The notes beneath the pieces are model-generated. The model saw only the letters and a program-made list of their open reading frames with translations, did no database searches and was not told where the DNA came from. DNA of 64,000 nt from Burkholderiales bacterium (GTDB taxonomy: Bacteria > Pseudomonadota > Gammaproteobacteria > Burkholderiales > SG8-41). Numbering within the stretch: position 1 is the first letter of the stretch; each line of letters begins with the position of its first letter. The DNA is taken from positions 1,267 through 65,266 of the forward strand of contig DATBMB010000056.1 in the NCBI GenBank assembly GCA_036555035.1, read 5' to 3'. The position numbers and the translations under genes are program-made. Below, in pieces: positions 18,328 to 26,107 of the stretch.

Positions 18328-19367
18328 GCCGGCGGCGTGGACGGTCCCAGCAACTGGTCGAGCTGCGCCTCGCTCGGCGTCTGGTGGTAGCACCGCGAAT
18401 AGAAGTCGCGCACGATCGGCCGCAGGTCTTCCGGGAAGGCCTCAGGATACAGGATGCGCGCGAGCCAGCGCAGGCCGATCAGGCGGTTCACCGATGGAGG
18501 AAAGTCGATCCAGCCGAACGGCACGTTGGGCGCGAGATGGAAATGCCCCGCCTTGATCGCCGGCAGCTCCCGCCACGAGGGGTGGACGCGCGCGAGCGCG
18601 TAGAAGTTGGGGTCGATGGTGACGACGATGTCGGGGTTCCAGCGCAGCACCTGCTCGATGGAAACCTGCACCAGGCCGCCCTTGCCCGATTCAGCGGCGA
18701 CATTGACGGCTCCCAGCTGCTCGATGAACTCCGCGCTGATCGAGCCCGCAAGACCGGTATTCAGTCCCTGCGGTCCGCGCCCGTAATAGACACGCGGCCT
18801 TCGGCTCGCCGGGACCTTTGCCACCCGCTGCCTGATTTCGGAAACCTTCTGCTTCGCGTAACGCGCCAGCGATTCCGCCCGTTTCTCCTCGTTGGCGATT
18901 CGTCCCACATGCAGAATCGCTTCTCCCATGCGGTCGAAATCGCCGTCCAGCATTACGTAAGGTATTCCCGTCTGCGCCTGCACCCGGTCCGCGAGAGATG
19001 CGAGCGTCGGGCTCACCGTGCCGTAGTCAACGATAAAATCGGGCTTCGCGTGCAGGACGACCTCAACATTCGCCGTGTTGCCGCGCCCCGTCAACCGTCC
19101 CAGCGTCGGCAGATCGGCATAGCGCTGCGCGATGAAGGGCCGCTCGGCGGCGCGCCACGCCGACGTCCACCCGATCAGCTTGTCAGGCGCGATCGCGAAT
19201 ACGAGGATGGAAGCCGGCGGGCCCGCCGCATAGATGCGCTCGACGCGGGCCGGAATCTCCACGCGGCGATCCGCGGCGTCCACGACCACGCGGCTGCCTT
19301 GCGCCCGGGCGGCACGCGGGATGAGCCCCGCAACAGCTGCAGCGGCCAGGAACCTGCGGCGTCTCAC
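18324..19367 (-). CDS. Periplasmic substrate-binding protein of the BtuF/FhuD/MolA class with a twin-arginine signal
   Basis: It has a GTG start. The N-terminus is MRRRRFLAAAAVAGLIPRAARAQ. The Peripla_BP_2-like pattern is ERIYAAGPPASILVFAIAPDKLIGW...KPDFIVDYG. Confidence 0.85.
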   Translation of the reverse strand: MRRRRFLAAAAVAGLIPRAARAQGSRVVVDAADRRVEIPARVERIYAAGPPASILVFAIAPDKLIGWTSAWRAAERPFIAQRYADLPTLGRLTGRGNTANVEVVLHAKPDFIVDYGTVSPTLASLADRVQAQTGIPYVMLDGDFDRMGEAILHVGRIANEEKRAESLARYAKQKVSEIRQRVAKVPASRRPRVYYGRGPQGLNTGLAGSISAEFIEQLGAVNVAAESGKGGLVQVSIEQVLRWNPDIVVTIDPNFYALARVHPSWRELPAIKAGHFHLAPNVPFGWIDFPPSVNRLIGLRWLARILYPEAFPEDLRPIVRDFYSRCYHQTPSEAQLDQLLGPSTPPA

Positions 19368-19391
19368 ATCAAGCGCGGGCGACGAAGTACT

Positions 19392-20579
19392 TCATAGCCG
19401 CAGCCAGCCGCGGCGCACGATCCACAGCACCGCGATGCCGAACACGAAGGCGACACCCACGTTCCAGATCGACAGCGCGGCGGTGCCGAGCGTAACGAAC
19501 CGTTCGCCCTTGTCCTTGGAAAAATCGCAGGATCCAAGCGCGAGCTGCAGCCCGGCAAGGAACAGCATGACGCCCAGCGCCGGCTGCGGGAAAAGCCGCA
19601 GCATGATCGCCACCGATTCGCTGAACGCGAGCGCCAGCACGATCAACAGCGTTCCAAGTATGACGGGCGCGCCGCCGGTTCGGGCGCCGAAGCTCACTTG
19701 CGCCGCCATTCCACCCGCTCCGTGGCACATCGGCACCGCCCCGATCAGGCTGCCCAATGTGTTCATGACGCCCGTCGACACCGCGACCTGGCGCTCGTTC
19801 GTGGGCCGGGCGGGGAACTCGCGGTTATTGAACTCGACTGGGGCAATCACCGCGTTGCCGAGCGTTAGCGGAACTTGTGGCAGAGCCAGCAGCACCACAC
19901 CTACGAACACGGCCTCCCAGCTCAGCGCATGAAACGGCCAGACGGGCGCTTTGAACCCCGGTTCCACCCCGGCCAGGGCGCCTGCCACCGCGGGCTCGGT
20001 CAACACGGCCCACGCCGCACCCGCCGCGAGGATCAGGACCATTGCAAGCAAGGCGCGATTCGCCAGCAGTAGAATCGTGGCGAGCAACAGCGGCGCCGCC
20101 AGCCAGATTCCCGTCGCCATCATGCGCGTGCCGTCCAGCATGAATGCAATGCCTAATCCGAGGACGATGCCGAGGGTGACGGGGCGTCCCACCCACCGCG
20201 CAACCCGTTCGGCAGTCCCGGTCAGGCCCAGGAGCAGCCAGATGACGCCGGTGGCGAGCGCGGCTACCGCTACCGCCTCCGGGGTGACGACCGCGGTCTG
20301 TGCGGCCCCGGTGATGGCGACCGCTCCGATCGCCTTCATCGGCTGCACCGGGAACGGGGTCCGGTAATACGCCCCCGCGGCAACGAAGGCGATTCCGAAC
20401 GCGAGCAGCATGCCGGCCGGCTCTACGCCGACCACGGTGACGTAGGCGAGGAGGAAGGGGACGAGCGTGCCGAGATCACCGAACGCCCCGGCCCATTCAC
20501 GCCGGTCGAAGCGCAGCGCCGTGCTGCCCGACGATGCGGCGGCGGCTTGCGAAGTGCCTGACGGCACAGGCGAATTCAT
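19392..20579 (-). CDS. MOT1-family (MFS_MOT1, SulP-related) putative molybdate/sulfate permease
   Basis: I chose the ATG at 20579 (MNSPVPSG...). GAFGDLGTLVPFLLAY and YRTPFPVQPMKAIGAVAI match the MOT1 hallmarks GDLGT.IP and P.PVQPMK.IAAVA, recalled from plant MOT1. Confidence 0.8.
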   Translation of the reverse strand: MNSPVPSGTSQAAAASSGSTALRFDRREWAGAFGDLGTLVPFLLAYVTVVGVEPAGMLLAFGIAFVAAGAYYRTPFPVQPMKAIGAVAITGAAQTAVVTPEAVAVAALATGVIWLLLGLTGTAERVARWVGRPVTLGIVLGLGIAFMLDGTRMMATGIWLAAPLLLATILLLANRALLAMVLILAAGAAWAVLTEPAVAGALAGVEPGFKAPVWPFHALSWEAVFVGVVLLALPQVPLTLGNAVIAPVEFNNREFPARPTNERQVAVSTGVMNTLGSLIGAVPMCHGAGGMAAQVSFGARTGGAPVILGTLLIVLALAFSESVAIMLRLFPQPALGVMLFLAGLQLALGSCDFSKDKGERFVTLGTAALSIWNVGVAFVFGIAVLWIVRRGWLRL

Positions 20580-20602
20580 GCGCGGGGAGCCTACCCCTCC
20601 CC

Positions 20603-20812
20603 TCAGTCCCGCGCAACCATCACGTCCGATGCCTTGATCACCGCGTAAGCGGCGTCGCCGGCCTTGAGCTTCAGTTCGTCCACGGCTTCGTTCGTGATCG
20701 ATGCCGTGACGATCGCTCCCGCCGCGATCTCGATTTTCACGTGAGCGGTTGTCTGCCCTTTGGTGACCTGGGTCACCTTGCCTTTGAGCACATTGCGAGC
20801 ACTGAGCTTCAT
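20603..20812 (-). CDS. mop: Molbindin (Mop / single TOBE domain molybdate-tungstate binding protein)
   Basis: 69 aa, MKLSARNVLKGKVTQVTKGQTTAHVKIEIAAGAIVTASITNEAVDELKLKAGDAAYAVIKASDVMVA, a canonical Mop sequence. Its ATG overlaps the tupA stop (TAATG). Confidence 0.9.
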   Translation of the reverse strand: MKLSARNVLKGKVTQVTKGQTTAHVKIEIAAGAIVTASITNEAVDELKLKAGDAAYAVIKASDVMVARD

Positions 20813-21648
20813 TACACCCCCTTGGCGTTGGCGTTGGGGAAGAACAGCTGATCACTGCCGATCTTGTAGCCCGCGATGGCCTTCTGGCCTTCGGGCGAAA
20901 CGATCCAATTGATGAAGGCCTGGCCCATGTCCTTCTTCACGTGCTTGTGCTTCGCCGGGTTGACCAGGATCACGCCGTACTGGTTGAACAGGCGCTTGTC
21001 GCCCTCCACCACGATCGTGAGATCGCCGCGATTCTTGAAGGAGATCCAGGTGCCGCGGTCGGTGAGGATGTAGCCGTTCATGGAGGAGGCCGAATTGAGG
21101 GCCGGACCCATACCCTGTCCCGTATCGCGATACCAGGGGCCTTTTTCCTTGGCGATGTCGATGCCTGCCTGCTTCCACAACCTGAGCTCGGCGTTGTGAG
21201 TTCCACTTCTGTCGCCGCGCGAGACGAACGGCGCGCTCGAGGCCTTGATCTTCTTGAGGGCCGCTGTGATGTCCTTGCCCCCGGCTACCTTCGCGGGATC
21301 GGATTTCGGCCCCACCAGCACGAAGTCGTTGTACATAACCGGGAAGCGCTTGACGCCGAAGCCTTCGGCAATGAATTTCTCCTCCAGCGAACGGGCATGC
21401 ACGAAGACGACATCGGCATCGCCGCGCTTGCCCATGTCAAGCGATTGGCCGGTTCCGAGCGCAACCACCCTCACTTCGATTCCCGTTTTCTTCTCGAAGA
21501 TCGGCAGAAGGTGCTTGAACAGGCCCGACTGCTCGGTCGAGGTGGTCGACGCGACGGTGATGAACTTCTGTGCCTGGGCGACCGGCGGCGCAGCAAGCAT
21601 CGATGCCGCAAACGCTATGCCGAGCAATACTCTACGGCTCATTTCCAT
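20812..21648 (-). CDS. tupA: Tungstate ABC transporter substrate-binding protein
   Basis: I chose the ATG at 21648. It gives signal peptide MEMSRRVLLGIAFAASMLAAPPVAQA. TupA-like segments are VASTTSTEQSGL...ALGTGQSL..G..GDADVVFVHA...SRGDRSGTH. The listed 501-aa ORF is an artefactual upstream extension. Confidence 0.9.
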   Translation of the reverse strand: MEMSRRVLLGIAFAASMLAAPPVAQAQKFITVASTTSTEQSGLFKHLLPIFEKKTGIEVRVVALGTGQSLDMGKRGDADVVFVHARSLEEKFIAEGFGVKRFPVMYNDFVLVGPKSDPAKVAGGKDITAALKKIKASSAPFVSRGDRSGTHNAELRLWKQAGIDIAKEKGPWYRDTGQGMGPALNSASSMNGYILTDRGTWISFKNRGDLTIVVEGDKRLFNQYGVILVNPAKHKHVKKDMGQAFINWIVSPEGQKAIAGYKIGSDQLFFPNANAKGV

Positions 21649-22343
21649 GGCAGCTCTCCTCTTATGAACGCTTCGGCTTCCGCCGACGCGGGCTTGGTGA
21701 AAAACCGGTCCACGGGCGCCCGCTCCACCAGGCGCCCTTGGCTCAAGAACAGAATCTCGTCTCCCAGCCGCTTCGCCTGGCCGAGGTTGTGGGTCGTCAT
21801 CACGATCTTGGTGCCGCCCGCCCGGATCTGGCCGATCAGTGACTCGATGTCGCGGGTCGCGCCCGGATCGAGATTGGCGGTGGGCTCGTCGAGGAACAGC
21901 ACCTCGGGGCCAAGCGCCCACGCGCGCGCCAGCGCCACCCGCTGCTGCTCGCCGCCGGACAGTACCCGTGCCGGGCGGTCCGCGATACCGGCGAGGTCCA
22001 CGGCCTCGAGCACATCTCGCGCACGCAGCTCCCGCTCGCGCGCCGATACGCCGGCGAGCTTGAGGCCGTATGCAATGTTGGCGACGGCGGAGCGGCGAAG
22101 CATCACGGGTCTCTGGAACACCATCGCCTGCCGGTTGCGTCCGTTGGCCGCCCCATGCCAGGCGACGCTGCCGTAGGTGGGATTGAGCAGGCCGTGACAT
22201 AGCCGCATCAGCACGCTCTTCCCCGCGCCGTTGGGCCCGAGGATGACCGTGCGCGGGCCCGCGGTGATCTCCATGGAAACCCGGTCGATGATCGTCCGGC
22301 CGTTGACGGCAAAACACACGTTGTTCAGGACGAGTGGCAGCAT
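21639..22343 (-). CDS. tupC: Tungstate ABC transporter ATP-binding protein
   Basis: 234 aa with Walker A GPNGAGKS, the signature LSGGEQQRVALARA and Walker B LFLDEPT. It lies between tupB and tupA. Confidence 0.88.
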   Translation of the reverse strand: MLPLVLNNVCFAVNGRTIIDRVSMEITAGPRTVILGPNGAGKSVLMRLCHGLLNPTYGSVAWHGAANGRNRQAMVFQRPVMLRRSAVANIAYGLKLAGVSARERELRARDVLEAVDLAGIADRPARVLSGGEQQRVALARAWALGPEVLFLDEPTANLDPGATRDIESLIGQIRAGGTKIVMTTHNLGQAKRLGDEILFLSQGRLVERAPVDRFFTKPASAEAEAFIRGELPWK

Positions 22344-22350
22344 CGTGCGC

Positions 22351-23055
22351 TCAGCCGTAGCGCCGCTGGGCGGCTTCCTTGACCCAGTACGCGGCCGCGT
22401 TCAGGGAGAGGACGAGCGTGATGAGGATGATCCCGAGGCCCAGCGCGAGCGGGAGATCGCCCTTGCTGGTTTCGAGCGCGATCGCGGTTGTCATGACGCG
22501 CGTGACGCCGTCGATATTGCCGCCCACGATGATCACGGCGCCGACCTCCGCAGCGGCGCGGCCGAATCCCGCCAGCACGATCGTCACCAGCGAGAATCGC
22601 GTGTCCCACAGCAGGGTGAGCGCGGATGCCGCCGGACCGGCTCCGAGAGAGCGCAGCTGCTCGCGGTATTCCTGCCACGTGTCCTCGATCACCTGGCGCG
22701 ACAGCGCCGCCACGATGGGCGCGATCAGGATCGTCTGCGCGATGATCATCGCGCCGGGCGTGAATAGGATGCCGAACTCGCCGAGCGGACCGGCCCGGGA
22801 CAACATCAGGTACACGATAAGACCGACCACCACCGGGGGCAGGCCCATGAGCGCGTTCAACAGCACTATCAGCGCGCGGCGGCCAGGAAAGCGCCCGACT
22901 GCAATTGCCGCACCGAGCGGCAAGCCGATCAGGCTCGCGAGAAGCACCGCCGTGAGGCTCACACGCAGCGACAGCAGCACGATGTCGACGACCGCGGCGT
23001 CAAACCGCGCGATCATTCGGCCGGCTTCACCGACCGCCGCGAAGATTTCATTCAT
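22351..23055 (-). CDS. tupB: Tungstate ABC transporter permease
   Basis: 234 aa polytopic protein with the EAA-type loop GFGRAAAEVGAVIIVGGNIDGVTRVMTTAI, typical of TupB. Confidence 0.88.
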   Translation of the reverse strand: MNEIFAAVGEAGRMIARFDAAVVDIVLLSLRVSLTAVLLASLIGLPLGAAIAVGRFPGRRALIVLLNALMGLPPVVVGLIVYLMLSRAGPLGEFGILFTPGAMIIAQTILIAPIVAALSRQVIEDTWQEYREQLRSLGAGPAASALTLLWDTRFSLVTIVLAGFGRAAAEVGAVIIVGGNIDGVTRVMTTAIALETSKGDLPLALGLGIILITLVLSLNAAAYWVKEAAQRRYG

Positions 23056-23056
23056 G

Positions 23057-23102
23057 GAGCGTGTTATGCTTTATGAGACATAACTAATCGTTTAACACGC
23101 TC
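23057..23102. promoter_or_regulatory. Nested inverted repeats in the divergent tupB / regulator promoter region (candidate operator)
   Basis: The outer perfect 10-bp inverted repeat is GAGCGTGTTA (23057-23066) with TAACACGCTC (23093-23102). The inner perfect 6-bp repeat is GTTATG-N10-CATAAC. The region is locally AT-rich. Confidence 0.4.
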
Positions 23103-23136
23103 AAGCTTAGCCAATCGCAATAGCGTCCATCTACTT

Positions 23137-24219
23137 ATGCCTAATGATGCATATGCAGCGATCGGCCCCGCTGTTCGTTGGCTGGCCGAAGGCCGATCCA
23201 TCGATTCGCGCCTGCTCCCGCTGCTGCGCGCCGTAGCCAAAACCGGCTCGCTCAACAGGGCGGTGGCGTCGCAGGGACTTTCCTATCGCCACGCGTGGGG
23301 TCTGATCGGGAAGATGGAGCGCACGCTGGGCCGGTCGCTGGTCGTGATGCAGCGTGGCCGCGGCGCAAAGCTGAGTCCGTTTTCACTCAAGCTCCTGGAA
23401 GCCGACGACACCGCCACCCGGGTCATCGAGCGGGAACTGGCCGCCACCGTGCGTGCGCTCGGGCGCGCGACGCCGCTCACGCTCGACGCACCGCGCGGAA
23501 TGCCGCTGCTGATCCACGCAAGCCACGACTTCGCGCTCGCCGCGTTACGGGACCTGGTAGCGGAATCAGGCGCTGCCGAAGTGGAGCTGCACTTTCGCGG
23601 CAGTCTGGAGTGCCTCGCGAGCCTCGCGCGAGGAGAATGCGACGTCGCCGGCTTCCACGTGCCGGATGCGTCCACCGGCCGCTCGGCGTTCGAGCCCTAC
23701 CGCCCGCTCCTGCGCTCGCGAGGGCTGCGTCTCGTGCGCTTTGTCGACCGCCGCCAGGGGCTGATCGTTTCCCGGGGCAATCCGAAGCGGTTGCTGTCGC
23801 TTGCCGATCTCGCTGCGAAAGGCGCCCGCTTCATCAACCGTCAGTCCGAATCCGGCACGCGCCTGGCCCTCGACCGCCTGCTGGGCGCGGCCGGCCTCAG
23901 GCCGTCGGAAATCAAGGGTTATCAGAGCGAGGAGTTCACTCACGCCGCCGTCGCGGCGACCGTGGCGAGCGGCATGGCGGACGCGGGGTTCGGCATCGAA
24001 GCCGCTGCGCGGCAACATCACCTCGATTTCGTCCCGCTCGCGAACGAGCGCTATTTTCTGGCCGCGCGGCAGGCAACGCTCGCCCGGCCCGCCGCTCGCG
24101 CCCTGCTCACCGCCATCAAGAGCCCGGCATTCGAGAAGCGAATTCAGGCTCTTCCGGGCTACGCGGCGCCCGGTATCGGCGAGGTCATCCGGGTACGCGA
24201 GGCCATCCCGTCGGCGTAG
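23137..24219 (+). CDS. Transcriptional regulator: ModE-type HTH fused to a periplasmic-binding-protein-like (oxyanion-binding type) sensor domain
   Basis: The N-terminus GSLNRAVASQGLSYRHAWGLIGKMERTLGRSLVVMQRGRGAKLSPF is ModE-like. The C-terminal ~230 aa are PBP-like (LRFVDRRQGLIVSRGNP...INRQSESGTR...ADAGFGIEAAA). Confidence 0.8.
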   Translation: MPNDAYAAIGPAVRWLAEGRSIDSRLLPLLRAVAKTGSLNRAVASQGLSYRHAWGLIGKMERTLGRSLVVMQRGRGAKLSPFSLKLLEADDTATRVIERELAATVRALGRATPLTLDAPRGMPLLIHASHDFALAALRDLVAESGAAEVELHFRGSLECLASLARGECDVAGFHVPDASTGRSAFEPYRPLLRSRGLRLVRFVDRRQGLIVSRGNPKRLLSLADLAAKGARFINRQSESGTRLALDRLLGAAGLRPSEIKGYQSEEFTHAAVAATVASGMADAGFGIEAAARQHHLDFVPLANERYFLAARQATLARPAARALLTAIKSPAFEKRIQALPGYAAPGIGEVIRVREAIPSA

Positions 24220-24282
24220 GCCCCGGTCCGGGAAATGGGCGTAGAATTTCCTGACACTTCGTTGCCGGCTCCGCCCTGCCCC

Positions 24283-25557
24283 ATGAATGATCCCGTCCAA
24301 AACCTGCACGCCCTGAGCTGCGCCGACGACTACGATCCCAATTCGATGCCGGTCGCTAAAGCGCGCGAGGTCATCGCGCGCTTCCTTTCCCCCGTGAACG
24401 CCATCGAGCGCGTCAACCTGCGTGCCGCCCTCGGGCGCGTCCTTGCCGAGGATGTGGTTTCGCCCTTGAACGTGCCCGCCCACGACAACTCCGCGATGGA
24501 CGGTTACGCCGTGCGCTTCGCGGATCTGAAAGCCGACGGCGAGGTTTCCCTCAAGAACGTCGGAAGCTCCTTTGCCGGCGCGCCATTCAAGGGGACCGTG
24601 GCGGCCGGGCAATGCGTGCGCATCATGACGGGCGGTGTCGTGCCGCCGGGCACCGACACCATCGTGATGCAGGAGCACGTCAAGGCCGGGAAGGACGGCG
24701 TCGCCGTCGGCCCCGGCCACAAGAAGGGACAGAATCTGCGCCGCGCAGGCGAGGACCTCAAGGTCGGCCAAGTCGCATTGAAGCGCGGCCTGGCGCTCCG
24801 TCCCGCCGAGATCGGGCTCATCTCATCGCTCGGGATCGGCGAGGTCGGCGTCTACCGCCGGCTGCGCGCCGCGTTCTTCTCCACCGGCGACGAGCTGGTT
24901 TCGATCGGCACGCAGCCCGGGGAAGGCCAGATCTTCGACAGCAACCGCTACACGATTCACGGCATGCTGACCCGCCTCGGCTGCGAGGTGATCGACATGG
25001 GCGTTGTGCGCGACGACCCGAAGCTGCTGGAGAAGGCGTTTCACGATGCCGCCGCGGCCGCGGACGTGGTGATCACGAGCGGCGGCGTGTCGGTCGGCGA
25101 GGCGGACTTCGTAAAGGAGCTGCTGAACAAGCTGGGCGAGGTGGTGTTCTGGAAGATCGCGATGAAGCCGGGGCGTCCCCTCGCCTACGGCAAGATCGGC
25201 GCGGCGCACTTCTTCGGCCTGCCGGGCAACCCGGTGTCGGTGATGGTGACCTTCTACCAGTTCGTGCGCGATGCGCTGCTCGTTCTCTCCGGCCGCGATC
25301 CCGTGCCGCCGCTGCCGACGTTCAAGGTTTCATGCACCTCCAGCCTCAAGAAGGCGCCCGGCCGCACCGAGTTCCAGCGCGGCATTCTCACGCAGGACTC
25401 CGCCGGCGCCTGGAGCGTGCGCGTCACCGGCGAGCAGGGGTCGGGGATACTCCGCTCGATGTCGGAGGCGAACTGCTTCATCATCCTGGCGACCGAACAG
25501 GGGAACGTGACGCCGGGGACGATGGTCGACGTGCAGGTGTTGGAAGGCCTGGTCTGA
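24283..25557 (+). CDS. moeA: Molybdopterin molybdotransferase
   Basis: MoeA pattern ...[11 protein letters not shown]...[18 protein letters not shown]...[14 protein letters not shown]...GLPGNPVS. I chose the ATG at 24283. Confidence 0.92.
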   Translation: MNDPVQNLHALSCADDYDPNSMPVAKAREVIARFLSPVNAIERVNLRAALGRVLAEDVVSPLNVPAHDNSAMDGYAVRFADLKADGEVSLKNVGSSFAGAPFKGTVAAGQCVRIMTGGVVPPGTDTIVMQEHVKAGKDGVAVGPGHKKGQNLRRAGEDLKVGQVALKRGLALRPAEIGLISSLGIGEVGVYRRLRAAFFSTGDELVSIGTQPGEGQIFDSNRYTIHGMLTRLGCEVIDMGVVRDDPKLLEKAFHDAAAAADVVITSGGVSVGEADFVKELLNKLGEVVFWKIAMKPGRPLAYGKIGAAHFFGLPGNPVSVMVTFYQFVRDALLVLSGRDPVPPLPTFKVSCTSSLKKAPGRTEFQRGILTQDSAGAWSVRVTGEQGSGILRSMSEANCFIILATEQGNVTPGTMVDVQVLEGLV

Positions 25558-25573
25558 CGGGAGTGGGCAGCAC

Positions 25574-26074
25574 TTGGCGGGGACACCGTTGCTGACAAGG
25601 ATCCTGGGGACCCGGGGCGCCATCGTGCTCGCGGTCCTGCTCGGGATGCTCGCGGGCATCGGGGGCTTCACGTTCCTCTACGCCGAGGGGCTCTCGTACA
25701 TGAGTGACGACCCGAAGGTGTGCGTGAACTGCCACATCATGCAGCCCCAGTTCGATTCCTGGCAGAAGGCGAGCCACCACACCGTCGCCACCTGCGTCCA
25801 GTGCCATCTGCCGCACGGATTCATTGGCAAGTACTACTCCAAGGCCGAGAACGGCTACCATCATTCGGTGGCGTTCACCTTCCAGAATTTCCACGAGCCG
25901 ATCATGATCAAGGAGAAGAGCAGCCGGATCCTTCAGGACAACTGCCTGGCTTGCCACGGCGGCCTGGTACACGAGCAAATCGCCCGCGCCGCGGACGGTT
26001 CCGGCGAGGTCCAGTGCGTGCATTGCCACCGCTCGGTGGGGCACGGCACGCCCGCGGGACTCGGGCGCCGGTAG
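25574..26074 (+). CDS. nrfH: Tetraheme NapC/NirT-family quinol dehydrogenase, cytochrome c nitrite reductase small subunit
   Basis: 166 aa with an N-terminal TM helix and four CxxCH motifs (CVNCH, CVQCH, CLACH, CVHCH). It lies directly upstream of nrfA. The TTG start is uncertain. Confidence 0.85.
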   Translation: MAGTPLLTRILGTRGAIVLAVLLGMLAGIGGFTFLYAEGLSYMSDDPKVCVNCHIMQPQFDSWQKASHHTVATCVQCHLPHGFIGKYYSKAENGYHHSVAFTFQNFHEPIMIKEKSSRILQDNCLACHGGLVHEQIARAADGSGEVQCVHCHRSVGHGTPAGLGRR

Positions 26075-26107
26075 GGAGGCAGGGTTACGCAAATGAGAGG
26101 GTGCACC

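Noticed and set aside
20812-22317. 501-aa ORF that could be read as a large fusion protein.
   Set aside because: Only the C-terminal 278 aa (from the ATG at 21648, with a signal peptide) are TupA-like. The N-terminal part overlaps tupC in another frame and is Arg-rich nonsense.
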